From Planctomycetota bacterium (GTDB lineage: Bacteria > Planctomycetota > UBA8108 > UBA1146): DNA of 64,000 nt. Below the pieces are notes generated by a model, which searched no databases, was not told the origin of the DNA, and saw nothing but the letters and a program-made list of their open reading frames with translations. Location: positions 297 to 64,296 of the forward strand of contig JAAZXB010000005.1 in the NCBI GenBank assembly GCA_014240375.1, given 5' to 3'. Below, in pieces: positions 20,005 through 30,591 of the stretch (the stretch's first letter is position 1; the number at the start of each line of letters is the position of its first letter). A program made the position numbers and the translations under genes.

Positions 20005-22221
20005 CTAGCAGCCGTCGAATTCTTGACAGGTGAGGTTGTCGATGGAGTCGTCTGGTCCACAGCTACTACTGGGAGCTGGCGGAACCGATCCACCTTCGAA
20101 CAGGTATTCCAGCAGCGAGATGGCATCGGCGATGTCGACCAGTCCGTCGTCGTTGATGTCGGAAGCGTCGATGCAGGTGGAAGGAGTCTGACCCTGGCCG
20201 AACAGACTCAGGAGCAATACGGTGACATCGACCAGATTGCGGGTGCCGTCCATGTTCAATTCGCCGCGAATGAACTCGGATCCAGTCCCTGAAAGGTCTC
20301 CCGAGAACATGTAGATGACACCATTGTCTCCACCGATCAGGTAACTGACGGGAGTGCCAAAGGGGCCGGTTTCGGTCGAGGAGATCCCGACCACTTCACC
20401 GGTGTTCACCGAAGGAGCGATATCGAATCCAATTCCGCTGGTGACGCCGTCGACCGAACGCTCGATCCGGCTGATTCCGGCGTCGTTCAGTGAGCCTACC
20501 GCAAAATCACAGACGCTGTTATTGGCGGTATCGCGGGAAGTGATTCCGGCGAGAAATACTGCCGCTCCGGTGGGAGTCGGAGGGACCGACATCCACATGC
20601 CATTGGTGCTGCCATCCGCATCGAAGGCGAAGAAGGATGCGACGGAACGATCGATTCCGAGGAACTGCTGGCGGTTCGTCGACCAGGTGATCTCACCGAT
20701 CAGCCCCAGTGGAGTCGGGGACTGAAGAGTGGTACTCGAGATGATGGAGCCTTGCAGGTCGGTGTGAATCAACTCCCCGGCTTCGGTCATCCAGGCGAGG
20801 GTGTCATCGGAGGCGTTCCATGCCAGGCCAGACAAACTGACGGCCGACGTGAACGGACCCGCAATGCTGGCCACCGGGGTCAGATCCTTGGAGTAAAGCC
20901 AGGCGGTGAGTCCCGATGCATCGGCCACCACCAGTTGATTGGTGCTCTCGATGACGGTGGTGGGGCCCGACTGTGCTCCGCCGAAGGCCACCTGCCCCAG
21001 AAGGCGACCAAATCCGACCACGACATCACAGATCGCCGCCGGAAGAGTGGCACCACTCGCCGGTACAGGCTGGAGTGAGTACGAGTAAGTTGCGGAATCG
21101 AGATCGGTATCGGCGTAAGTCGAATCGGTACCGGGAAGATCTGCAATTACAACACCGTCACGCAGCAACAGGATGCTCGCGTAAGTGATGGGGTTGACCC
21201 ACTCGAGGGTCACATTGTTGGCGCCGTCGGCAGCACAGGTGAAGACGGTGACCGAAGGAGCATTGGGATTGGGTACCGGGACCTCGACGATCGAATTATT
21301 GGTGATATCGATCACGAATTCACTGGGGCCACCCCAGGATCCGGTCTCGGTCCAGGCGATTCCGGTGACCCAGCCAGAGAGGGCATTGATGCTGGCGAGG
21401 GGGTAGAAGAGACCCTGTTCTTCGCCTGTATCATCGACCCGCTTCACCTGAGAGGAACGCTGGTCGGAAGGGGCTCCCACGGGAAGGTCGAACAGGTATT
21501 CGCCGGTCAGGGGATCGAGTGTGATCGTCAGCCCGAGACCGAAGACCTCTGCCGTTGCGGTGATCACTTCGGGATTCTGAAAGGAGTTCCCTGAAAAGGT
21601 GCCGTCGCTGAGAAACTCAAGGTAGAGATCATCGTCATAGGCATTGGTCCAGTAGTTTCCGGTCCCGGCGTGCCATGCCAGCCCGGTCACTCCAACGATG
21701 CCAGCGGGCAATTCGATGGGGGTCTGAGAAATCAAGATTCCGGCTGAACTGGAAGACACCAGCCAGTGCTGTCCCTGGTCCTCGACCAGCCAGTAGAGAA
21801 GGTCTTCGTCGCTATTCCAACTGACACCCAGGTAGGCCGCAGGACCGATGGGACTCAGGTACTGTGCTGGAGTCGAACTCAGTGAGTTGATCTGGTACTT
21901 GTAGAAGAAACCACTGAAGGCATCGGCGACGACGAGACTCGATTCTCCGTCGATCACCGTGGTTGCCCAGGGGTAGTCTCCCGGATAACTGGTGTTCTGC
22001 ACGAAGCAGGTTCCGAAGGGGGGATTGTTGACGGGGCAGGGAACCTGCGCCTGGAGAGATCCGGCCAGTGAGACCAGTAGCACCATCACCGGGAGCCAGG
22101 CTGCCAGGTCGGCGAGGGAAAACTGTGAACTGCGGGAATCGGATGATGGTCGAGAGATCATGATTCGTCTTTCATCACTACGGTCCCTGTTCGGGAGCCG
22201 GTAAGATTCTTCCTCGAGCAC
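20005..22221 (-). CDS. Secreted beta-propeller-like protein with C-terminal dockerin-type module
   Basis: 738 aa; signal peptide (...AAWLPVMVLLVSLAGSLQAQ); C-terminus LNMDGTRNLVDVTVLLLSLF...DINDDGLVDIADAISLLEYLF. Confidence 0.8.
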   Translation of the reverse strand: MLEEESYRLPNRDRSDERRIMISRPSSDSRSSQFSLADLAAWLPVMVLLVSLAGSLQAQVPCPVNNPPFGTCFVQNTSYPGDYPWATTVIDGESSLVVADAFSGFFYKYQINSLSSTPAQYLSPIGPAAYLGVSWNSDEDLLYWLVEDQGQHWLVSSSSAGILISQTPIELPAGIVGVTGLAWHAGTGNYWTNAYDDDLYLEFLSDGTFSGNSFQNPEVITATAEVFGLGLTITLDPLTGEYLFDLPVGAPSDQRSSQVKRVDDTGEEQGLFYPLASINALSGWVTGIAWTETGSWGGPSEFVIDITNNSIVEVPVPNPNAPSVTVFTCAADGANNVTLEWVNPITYASILLLRDGVVIADLPGTDSTYADTDLDSATYSYSLQPVPASGATLPAAICDVVVGFGRLLGQVAFGGAQSGPTTVIESTNQLVVADASGLTAWLYSKDLTPVASIAGPFTSAVSLSGLAWNASDDTLAWMTEAGELIHTDLQGSIISSTTLQSPTPLGLIGEITWSTNRQQFLGIDRSVASFFAFDADGSTNGMWMSVPPTPTGAAVFLAGITSRDTANNSVCDFAVGSLNDAGISRIERSVDGVTSGIGFDIAPSVNTGEVVGISSTETGPFGTPVSYLIGGDNGVIYMFSGDLSGTGSEFIRGELNMDGTRNLVDVTVLLLSLFGQGQTPSTCIDASDINDDGLVDIADAISLLEYLFEGGSVPPAPSSSCGPDDSIDNLTCQEFDGC

Positions 22222-22296
22222 AAACAGGATCGTGACGATCAGTGAAACGACTCGCAGGAGAGCGGGATGTTCAGGCGCTGTAATTCGAGGAACCGA

Positions 22297-22418
22297 AAGC
22301 TACGGTCTCCTGCATCTTACGGTCCTGAATGCTACGGTCCTGAAAGGTACTTTCCTGACGGCCTCGGTTCTGAATGACTCTGTCCTGAATGACTCTGTCC
22401 TGAATGACTCTGTCCTCG
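22297..22418. repeat. Non-coding tandem repeat array, 15-nt period (~8 units; last three perfect: ctctgtcctgaatga)
   Basis: Read directly; lies 80-200 nt upstream of the minus-strand start at 22221. Confidence 0.85.
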
Positions 22419-22706
22419 GGCTTGCTCGGGGTCGGTAACGGTGACCAACCCCATCCAGATCGACTGAAATGGCCACGTGGATGTGGCCAAAAATGCTTGA
22501 AGAAACGTTCAGGGGAGTCAGCGAAATCGCACATCAGGGGCGACGACTCGACTTGCTGAAACTGAATATCGACGGGACTACAGGAGCCCCAGGGCATCGT
22601 TTCTTCACCAACCTGAATTCTATCCGAGAGTTGTGGCGTGTCAATCGGCCCAGATAGAGGGGCCGCAGAGCGGGAAAGATTTCCGGAATCGAGCGGTTGA
22701 AGCCAG

Positions 22707-23138
22707 CTACTGGCTCGAGTTCTTGGCCATCTCTCGGGCGCCAAAATGACGTCCTACTGCCCGTCTTGCACGGACCAGCGAGTCGGCGACCGCCTGCTGC
22801 GACACTTTCAATCGCTCTGCGATCTCCTGCTGCATCAGTGATTCACGGTAGTAGAGTCGCACCACCTCTTGCTGACGGGGAGTCAGCATTTCGATGTTAT
22901 CGAGCAGCACATTGACGCTTCGAAGGCCCATGTAGAGGCGCGAGAGGTCCTCAGAATCGACTCTCCCTCGCTCCATGCTGGGGATCAGATTCTCGACCAG
23001 ATCGCAGATTTTCCCGCAGCCCGAACGGACCGGGCAGATCGAACAGAAAGGGCCGTATTCACCAGCGTTCGCGGTCGAATCGCCGGTTCCGTGCCCGTTC
23101 ATCCCGGGGAAGGCCATCGAGTTTCCGGCCGCCGTCAT
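22707..23138 (-). CDS. Small DNA-binding protein with sigma-70 region-4-like HTH and N-terminal Cys cluster
   Basis: LTPRQQEVVRLYYRESLMQQEIAERLKVSQQAVADSLVRARR resembles region 4; CSICPVRSGCGKIC cluster. No region 2, so not a complete sigma factor. Confidence 0.5.
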   Translation of the reverse strand: MTAAGNSMAFPGMNGHGTGDSTANAGEYGPFCSICPVRSGCGKICDLVENLIPSMERGRVDSEDLSRLYMGLRSVNVLLDNIEMLTPRQQEVVRLYYRESLMQQEIAERLKVSQQAVADSLVRARRAVGRHFGAREMAKNSSQ

Positions 23139-23336
23139 GAGGATCGCCTTTCAGAACCTGAAACCTCCAATGGAGAGGTCTTCTGATCAAGCATACACCA
23201 CGATCTGCTGGACGGCATCTCTCCGGTTTGAACCCGACGGCGCCAAGATACCGTTGGCGCCAAGAAATACGGGTCCCGCTGAACCTTACGATTCAGCGGG
23301 ACCCGGTCAATTCTCACTTCAGTGCAGTTCGATCTC

Positions 23337-26300
23337 CTAGTAGGGAGAATCGATGCAGTCGAGTACGTCGTCGGTCGGGTCCAGACCGGCATCCGGGTAG
23401 GGTGCGGCGGGCGGAATCAGCGGCGTTCCATCCGCATGCAGGTAGTAGAAGATCATCAGCATGGCATCGCCGATGGTGACGATTCCGTTGTCATCGAAGT
23501 CTGCCGAATCGAAGCAAGTCGGCTCTGCTCCGTTGACGAAGAGCCAGTTGAGTACCCAGATTCCGTCGGCGATGTCACAGTTGGTATCACTGTTGGCATC
23601 CCCTCTCAGGAAGGTCTTGACGAATCCAGAGCAGGTGGTGGAGGTGGTGACTCCATCGGCATGCTCGGCCCAGATCCGGTAGGTGTAGGTGCCCTGGGCG
23701 GGGACCACATCGATGGTGCTTGTGGCGGAACCCGGAATCGAGGAGATCAGCACTCCGTTGCGCTCGATATGGATCGTCGAGTACGTCGCAGTGTTTTCCC
23801 AGTCGAGATGAATCGGCGCACCGAAGAAGGTGCAGGCCAGATTGATCGGCGCCGACAAGATGGTCACCGAGCAGGTGATGGGAGCGGTCTGGGATCCCGC
23901 CAGTGTCGCGATGACTTCGTAGGAGTAGGTTCCGGCTTCCAGTGGGATGTCGGTGTAACTCTCTTCGGTTCCATCGACGAAACCAACCAGCACGCCATCG
24001 CGAGAGATCTGGATCAGGTCGTAGGACTCACCGTTACTCCAGGAGATGGTGTTTCCGTCACCGATGGTGCTACAGGCGATCCCGGACATCGGTTGCGGCA
24101 CCACGATGGTGCAGCAGGTGGTGGCTCCGGTGCCATTACCGATATTGACCACCAGGCAGTACTGGTAGGTTCCAGGACCGGGGTTGTCGGTGGTACTGGT
24201 GTCGGAACCTGCCAGCGAGCCGATCGGGGCGCCGTTACGGGTCAAACTGATGAAGTCGCCTGCGGCGGGGAGGTCCCACGCCAGTTGCACGGTGGATCCA
24301 CCCGCAAGAGTACAACTGATGTTCTGTGGAGTGGAGGGGACCTCTTCCGAGCAGGATGCGGTGGAGGAGGTGCTCGCATCACCGAGGGTGGCGGTCAACT
24401 CGTAGCTGTGTGAACCATGAGGCTGGGCCGGATCGGTGAAGCTGTTGGTGGTTCCGGGCAGTAGTGCCAGCAACGCACCGTCTCGTGTCAACGACAGGGT
24501 GTCGTAATCATCGGTGTTGGTCCAGCTGAGAACCACATCACCAGAGGTGGCGACGCAGCCGAAGCCGGTCGGAGCGGAGATCACTCGAGCAGAACAGCAA
24601 GTCGCAGCACTGGTGCCGGTACCGATCAGGTTGACGACACAGTACTCATGGGTGCCGACCGGGGATCCCGAGTCATCGTAGGAGCTGGCACCACCTCCGA
24701 GGGTGGCGATCACAGTTCCATCACGAGAGATCTGAACGGTGGTGCCGGGGGCCGGCAGGGTCCACGAGAGAGAGACGGTCGACCCGAGAGCAGAGCAAGC
24801 GATGTCGATCGGGGTCGAAGGCACATCGACGGTGCAGTCGACGGTGTCGCTGATACTGGCGGCGCCGGCGTCGGCAGTCATGTCGTAACTATGTGCCCCG
24901 GCTCCCGCAGTAGCGTCGTGGTACGAGCTATCGCTTCCGGCGAGGATCGCCAGCGGTTGTCCATCTCGGTGGAGAGTGATGGTGTCGTAGACATCATTGT
25001 TGGTCCAGCTGATATCGACCTCGCCGCCATTGGCAGCACAGGCGAATCCGCTCGGGGCAGCAAGTACCCTGGCACTGCAACATGTGGTGGCACTGGTGCC
25101 GTTTCCGATCATGTTGACGATGCAATATTCGTTGGTGCCGACAGGCGCTCCCACATCTTCATGTGAGGTGGCATCTCCTGCGAGCATGGCGATGACGGTG
25201 CCATTTCGGCTCAGTGCGATGGTCTCGCCCGGGGCCGGTAGGGTCCAGGAGAGAGAAACGGTCGATCCCAGTGCCGAACACGCCATGTCGGTCGGTGTCG
25301 ATGGAACATCGACGGTGCAATCGACGGTGTCGCTGATGCTGGCGGCGCCGGCATCGGCGGTCATGTCGTAACTGTGAGCACCGGCTCCTGCAGTCGCATC
25401 GTGGTAGGAACTGTCGCTTCCCGGGAGGATGGCCAGCAACTGGCCGTCACGGTTGACGGTGATGGTGTCGTAGACATCGTTGTTGGTCCATGAGATGTCA
25501 ACTTCTCCGGAGACCGCTGCACAGGAGAAGTCGGTCGGGGCCGCGAGTACCCGTGCACTGCAACAGGTGGTGGCACTGGTGCCACTGCCGATCATGTTTA
25601 CGATGCAGTATTCGTGGGTACCCGCCGGTGCTCCCACATCCTCGTAGGAGGTGGAATCTCCCGCAAGCAACGCGATGACGGTGCCATTGCGACTCAACTC
25701 GATGGTTTCACCGGGTGCGGGCAAGCTCCAGGAGAGTGAAGCGGTGGAGCCGAGTGCCGAGCAGGCCATGTCGGTGGGGGTCGATGGTACATCGACGCTG
25801 CAATCGACGGTGGCACTGGTGCTGGAAGGACCGCCGTGGGCGGTCAGGTCGTAACTGTGAGCACCGTGCGCCGGCATCGCATCCTGGTAAGACGAATCGC
25901 CTCCCGAGAGGATCGCCAGCAGCTGGCCGTCACGATTGAGAGTGAAGGTGCTGTAACTGTCATTGTTGGTCCAGGAGATCTCGACATTGCCGGCGACCGA
26001 CGAGCAGCTGAAGTCGCTCGGATCCGCCAGCACATGAATGGTCGCGCAGATGGTGGTACTGGTGGCATCACCGATTTGCATCGTGATGCAGTACTGGTAG
26101 TCGCCCGGGGCCAGCCCGGTGTCGTCATGGGACTGGGTCGCTGCGGGTAATGACTCGATCGGCAGGCCATTTCTGGTCAGTTCAGCAGTGTCTCCGGGCC
26201 CGGTGTGACTCCACGACAATGAGGTGGTCGAGGCGAGTGCGGTGATTTGAAGATCGGTCGCCGGAGCGGGAACATCTTCGGAACAATCCACCGTCGAGGA

Positions 26301-29300
26301 ACTGTTGCCGTCCTTGGCACCACTGAGGGTGTAGGTGTGCGAACCGGGTTCGGTGGCGAGATCGGAGTAGGAGGTGACGGCTCCCGGTAACACCGCGATG
26401 ACGGCTCCATCTCGGAGCAGGGTCACGCTGTCGTATTCCTCGTTATTGGTCCAGCTCATGTCGACATCTCCGGCGCTGCAGAGGCACGAGAAGTTGGTCG
26501 GAGGAGCAGGAACCAGCAGGGTGCAGCACGCGGAGGCGCTGGTCTTGGGGCCGAAGCGATTCAACACGCAGTAGCTGTAGGTGGCGGGAGCCACACCAGC
26601 ATCGGTGTATCCAGCGCTGGAAGGATCGAGTTCGGCGATCAAAGTACCGTCGCGCCACACCTCGATGGTGGTGGAAGGCTGGGTGTTGACCCAGGTCAGA
26701 ACCGAATCCACTCCACCCGAGACTGAACAGGTCAGATCAGCAGGCGGGTAAGGAACGGTGACCTCACAGGCGATGGTTTTCGATTCGTGATCTCCGATGC
26801 GGCCACTGACCTCATAAAGATGAGGACCCGGTCCGGCGATGCTGTCGACATAACTGGTCGCGAGGCCATCGAGGTCTTCCAGGATGGTGCCTCCATCGCG
26901 CTTGAGGATCACATTGTCGTAGGCCTCTGCATTGGTCCAACTGATGGTGGCGATGGCAGAGTCCACCCCACAGATGAGATCCACCGGTGGAGCAGGAACG
27001 ATGGCCGGGGTACAGGTGTCGACGCTGTGGTTGTTACCGATCCGGGCGCGCAAGCAGTACTGGTAGGTACCCGGGTCGAGAGTCGGATCGATGTAGGAGG
27101 TCGCCGAGGCGGGAAGCGTCGCGATGACGATTCCGTCGCGGAAGATCCGGATCGAGGTGGCGTCCTCGGTGGGGGCCCAGGTGAGTAGCATGTGAGTGCC
27201 CTCGACCAGTCCGGTTCCGAGGGTGTTGATCGGTTCGGGAATGACCGTGGTGCAGTGGGTCGGATCACTTTCACTGGATCCCTTGAGACCTCGAAGGGTG
27301 TAGGAGTAATCTCCCGCGGCCAGCGGGGAGTCGATGTACTCGGTCGTGGTGCCGCTCAGGGTGGCGAGGACGGTCGATCCTCGCATCACCTCGACCTGGT
27401 CGTAGGCGGGCGCCGGGTTCTGCCAGTTGAGGCGAACCTGATCTCCCTCACCCTTGCAGGTCAACGCCTGTGGCTGGCGAAGGACGGTCAATCCACACGA
27501 TTGTGCAGCGGAGAGACCTTGACGACGTTGCGCAGTGATCGAGTAATTACGATTACCATAGGAAACATCTTCATCGGTGTAACTGGTGCTACTTCCCGAG
27601 ATGGTATCGATCAGGAAGCCGTCGCGGCGAATCGCGATGCTGTCGTAGGTTCCACCGTTGCTCCAGGAGAGGAACACCGATGAGCCGGAGGCGGAACAGT
27701 CGAGGGCCCCCAGCGGATCGGGCACGGTCAGGGTGCAGCAGCTTCTGCCGCTTTCTCCGGTGAACTTGACCCCGCGCACACAGACCGCGTAGTCGCCAGG
27801 TCCACCCTGGATCTGGGTGGTGTAACTCTGGCTAGTTCCAGGGATCTGATCGATTTCGGTCACGGTGGAGGAGTCGGTTCCCGGTCCGAACTCGATGATG
27901 ATGTAGTCATAGGCGTCGGTATTGAGCCAGCTGAAGGTGGCGATATCCACATCCGAGGAGCAGTTGATCTGCTCGACCGAGATGGGATCGACCAGTTCAC
28001 AGGTGGCACGAGCACTGACCGCTCGTCCATCATCGGCAACACCCTCTACCTCGTAGATGAAGCGTCCTGCAGAGATGACATCCGTGGTGGTGGTGGCATC
28101 TCCGGCGAGCGTCTGGATGTGCGCACCATCGCGATAGATGTTGATCAGGTCGAATCCATTTGGATTCGGCATCAGGTTCCAGTGGATGGTGGCGATGATC
28201 TGATTCTGGGCATCTGGAGCGGCACTGCAGGTGGCGGTGTAGGGCGGCATCAGCGCAGTGATACTGCAACTGGTCGAGAGGGTCGTGGTTCGATCTCCGC
28301 GCTCCACCACACTGTACTGGTGGATTCCAGAAGAGACATTGTTGTCGTGGTAGGAGGTACTCCCACCCGGCAGGGTGCTCTGCAGCACACCATCGCGGTA
28401 GAGGTCGATCAGGTCGTAGTTATCACTGTTACTCCAGGAGATGGAGATGTCGCGGTGCAGGGAAGTGCAGTCGAGAGAGGCGATCGGTACCATCACGCGG
28501 ATATCGCTACCGCGCTCGACGGTATTGATTGCACGACGCCGTCCACGGACCGAGTAGTGGTGATCTCCGTAGGCGACTCCAGAGTCGGTGTAGGCTTCGG
28601 TGTCCCCTGGCAAGGTCGCCAGCAATACTCCATCTCTGAACAGATCGACTTCGTCGTACACCGCACGGTTGTTCCAGGTCACATCGACGGTCTGTCCCAG
28701 ACAAACGGTCTGAACGTTGTTGGGAGAACGCAACTTGTGACCGAGGAATACGTAAACGCTTCCTGCCCCGTAGCGTCCGTAGGGCTTTGATCCCGCCGCA
28801 CCGATCAGCAGGTCGTTTCCTCTGTCATCATTGAAGTCGCCGGCGGCTCCGACCGAGATCCCCACTTGTTGACCTTCCTTGAGGCCGAGGTATCCGCGCC
28901 CTTCATGCTGGAACAGGTCCAGCAACTGGGATTCACCCAGCATCTGGCCACCGTTGACGCGGTGGGCCATTCCCTTTTCCACATCGAGCAGAATCGATCG
29001 GGAGATGCCAACGATGTGGTCATCGATTCCGTCACCGCTCACATCGAGCGTGGTGTGAACCGACTGCCCGTCTTCATCATTGTCGTAGAAACTCATGTAT
29101 CTGGTGATCCAAGGTGCAGGGATGGCGAGATTGATCTCGGCAGGGGGGCTGAACCCTCCACGAACCAGGTACGCCACAGTGGCAATCGTTTCAGGGTCGT
29201 GATCGTGAAGTGAGCGACTGATCAGTATTTCGGTGTCTCCATCCGCATCGGAATCGCCGGCACAGGAGATCGATTGGCCCAGTTCATGGTGTGCCTGGGG

Positions 29301-30284
29301 AACCCGAAGGGTGGTACTGGTCAGGCCACTGGCTGCGATGTCGGTCAGTGTGACTTCAGCCGGGGGAGTCGTTCCACCGTAGATGATCCAGGCGCGACCC
29401 GCATTGGCAGAGGAATCGTCGGAGTGGCGCATCGAAGCGATGGCGATGTCCGAGTGTCCGTCTCCATTGAAGTCTTCAAGGTCGGCGACGCAGGATCCCA
29501 CCTCCTGATGGGATCCACCGGAGCGGAAGATGGTCACATTGCTATGAGAATTCTTGAGGTCGATGGTGGCAGGAAGCGAGTTGCCCCCGCGAATCAGGAA
29601 GGCACTTCCACACACTTCGAGGGAGTCGTTGGAGTCCTCGGGGGCTCCGATGATGACATCGGAAAAACCGTCGCCATCGAAGTCGCGAGCTCCGGAGACG
29701 GAAGCGCCCAGATGCGAACCTTCGCGGGCACCGATGATCTCGACTCCGGAAGATCCAAGGTTGGATACGTCGATGATTCCCGGCGGATTGGCGGAGCCGT
29801 AGATGATGTACGCTCGTCCTGCTTCACCCTCGTCCGGATCGCTGCTGGAGGATCCCGGGGCACCGATGATGTAATCATCGATTCCATCGCCGTTGACGTC
29901 ACCGGCGTCCGAGACCGATGCTCCCAGCATCGATCCTTCCGCCGCACCCTGGATGACGATGACGCTGCCAGGGTGGGAGTAGAGCAGGTCCAGTTCGGTG
30001 GCAGGGGAACTGGAACCGAGGATGACGTACGCTTTTCCACCGGTGTTGTGGGAGCGGTTATCGGATCCAGGGGCTCCAGCGACGATGTCGGGAATCCCGT
30101 CCCCGTTCACATCTCCGGCACCCGAGGTCGAGGCACCGAGATGGTCCTCGGCGTGGGCTCCAACGATCCGGATCTGTGCGGTATCGATGAACACTTGATC
30201 GGAGGCCTGAGCGACCGTGGTGAAGAGCGAGAGGAAGGTGAATGCGATTACAACTACACCTAGGGTATATTTACGAATGCTCAT
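23337..30284 (-). CDS. Giant cell-surface protein: signal peptide, integrin-alpha-type FG-GAP repeats, ~20 Ig-like/fibronectin-like ~95-aa repeats, C-terminal dockerin
   Basis: 2315 aa; repeated GASVSGAGDVNGDGIPDIVAGAP FG-GAP units; repeated SWTNxxxYDxIxLxRDGxxLAxLxGxxxSYxD modules, several nearly identical at DNA level; C-terminus GDANSDTNCDIADGIWVLNWLF...DFDDNGIVTIGDAMLMIFYY. Confidence 0.9.
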   Translation of the reverse strand: MSIRKYTLGVVVIAFTFLSLFTTVAQASDQVFIDTAQIRIVGAHAEDHLGASTSGAGDVNGDGIPDIVAGAPGSDNRSHNTGGKAYVILGSSSPATELDLLYSHPGSVIVIQGAAEGSMLGASVSDAGDVNGDGIDDYIIGAPGSSSSDPDEGEAGRAYIIYGSANPPGIIDVSNLGSSGVEIIGAREGSHLGASVSGARDFDGDGFSDVIIGAPEDSNDSLEVCGSAFLIRGGNSLPATIDLKNSHSNVTIFRSGGSHQEVGSCVADLEDFNGDGHSDIAIASMRHSDDSSANAGRAWIIYGGTTPPAEVTLTDIAASGLTSTTLRVPQAHHELGQSISCAGDSDADGDTEILISRSLHDHDPETIATVAYLVRGGFSPPAEINLAIPAPWITRYMSFYDNDEDGQSVHTTLDVSGDGIDDHIVGISRSILLDVEKGMAHRVNGGQMLGESQLLDLFQHEGRGYLGLKEGQQVGISVGAAGDFNDDRGNDLLIGAAGSKPYGRYGAGSVYVFLGHKLRSPNNVQTVCLGQTVDVTWNNRAVYDEVDLFRDGVLLATLPGDTEAYTDSGVAYGDHHYSVRGRRRAINTVERGSDIRVMVPIASLDCTSLHRDISISWSNSDNYDLIDLYRDGVLQSTLPGGSTSYHDNNVSSGIHQYSVVERGDRTTTLSTSCSITALMPPYTATCSAAPDAQNQIIATIHWNLMPNPNGFDLINIYRDGAHIQTLAGDATTTTDVISAGRFIYEVEGVADDGRAVSARATCELVDPISVEQINCSSDVDIATFSWLNTDAYDYIIIEFGPGTDSSTVTEIDQIPGTSQSYTTQIQGGPGDYAVCVRGVKFTGESGRSCCTLTVPDPLGALDCSASGSSVFLSWSNGGTYDSIAIRRDGFLIDTISGSSTSYTDEDVSYGNRNYSITAQRRQGLSAAQSCGLTVLRQPQALTCKGEGDQVRLNWQNPAPAYDQVEVMRGSTVLATLSGTTTEYIDSPLAAGDYSYTLRGLKGSSESDPTHCTTVIPEPINTLGTGLVEGTHMLLTWAPTEDATSIRIFRDGIVIATLPASATSYIDPTLDPGTYQYCLRARIGNNHSVDTCTPAIVPAPPVDLICGVDSAIATISWTNAEAYDNVILKRDGGTILEDLDGLATSYVDSIAGPGPHLYEVSGRIGDHESKTIACEVTVPYPPADLTCSVSGGVDSVLTWVNTQPSTTIEVWRDGTLIAELDPSSAGYTDAGVAPATYSYCVLNRFGPKTSASACCTLLVPAPPTNFSCLCSAGDVDMSWTNNEEYDSVTLLRDGAVIAVLPGAVTSYSDLATEPGSHTYTLSGAKDGNSSSTVDCSEDVPAPATDLQITALASTTSLSWSHTGPGDTAELTRNGLPIESLPAATQSHDDTGLAPGDYQYCITMQIGDATSTTICATIHVLADPSDFSCSSVAGNVEISWTNNDSYSTFTLNRDGQLLAILSGGDSSYQDAMPAHGAHSYDLTAHGGPSSTSATVDCSVDVPSTPTDMACSALGSTASLSWSLPAPGETIELSRNGTVIALLAGDSTSYEDVGAPAGTHEYCIVNMIGSGTSATTCCSARVLAAPTDFSCAAVSGEVDISWTNNDVYDTITVNRDGQLLAILPGSDSSYHDATAGAGAHSYDMTADAGAASISDTVDCTVDVPSTPTDMACSALGSTVSLSWTLPAPGETIALSRNGTVIAMLAGDATSHEDVGAPVGTNEYCIVNMIGNGTSATTCCSARVLAAPSGFACAANGGEVDISWTNNDVYDTITLHRDGQPLAILAGSDSSYHDATAGAGAHSYDMTADAGAASISDTVDCTVDVPSTPIDIACSALGSTVSLSWTLPAPGTTVQISRDGTVIATLGGGASSYDDSGSPVGTHEYCVVNLIGTGTSAATCCSARVISAPTGFGCVATSGDVVLSWTNTDDYDTLSLTRDGALLALLPGTTNSFTDPAQPHGSHSYELTATLGDASTSSTASCSEEVPSTPQNISCTLAGGSTVQLAWDLPAAGDFISLTRNGAPIGSLAGSDTSTTDNPGPGTYQYCLVVNIGNGTGATTCCTIVVPQPMSGIACSTIGDGNTISWSNGESYDLIQISRDGVLVGFVDGTEESYTDIPLEAGTYSYEVIATLAGSQTAPITCSVTILSAPINLACTFFGAPIHLDWENTATYSTIHIERNGVLISSIPGSATSTIDVVPAQGTYTYRIWAEHADGVTTSTTCSGFVKTFLRGDANSDTNCDIADGIWVLNWLFVNGAEPTCFDSADFDDNGIVTIGDAMLMIFYYLHADGTPLIPPAAPYPDAGLDPTDDVLDCIDSPY

Positions 30285-30591
30285 AACTGTACTCCTACTA
30301 ATGATTCAATATCTGCACCTGGTGAATAGGCGCAGTGACACACTCCCATATTTTGCGATAATACGATGCTCCCCAACTCGCCGGAGCGAAATCAGGAGAC
30401 CACCCAAGAATAGGTTGTATCGCCCAGAATGCAAGTGTTTGCCTTATATGGAAGGAATGGCACAGATCCCGAGAGGTCGCCAGGCGGCGATCATCGGCGC
30501 GGGTGGGAGTGGGGATAAAAGAAGAGGAAGTGCCCTTTATGGGCACTTCCTCGGCAAGTGGTCACGAATTATTGGTCAGTCTGAATACTTA

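Noticed and set aside
22271-22744. Minus-strand 157-aa ORF containing DRVIQDRVIQDRVIQ
   Set aside because: The peptide repeat is just the translation of the 15-nt non-coding tandem array; there is no start context and it overlaps the end of the next gene. Treated as non-coding.
24400-26200. Possible CRISPR-like periodicity in the giant gene
   Set aside because: The periodicity is ~290-nt protein-domain repeats inside a continuous ORF, not short direct repeats with unique spacers.
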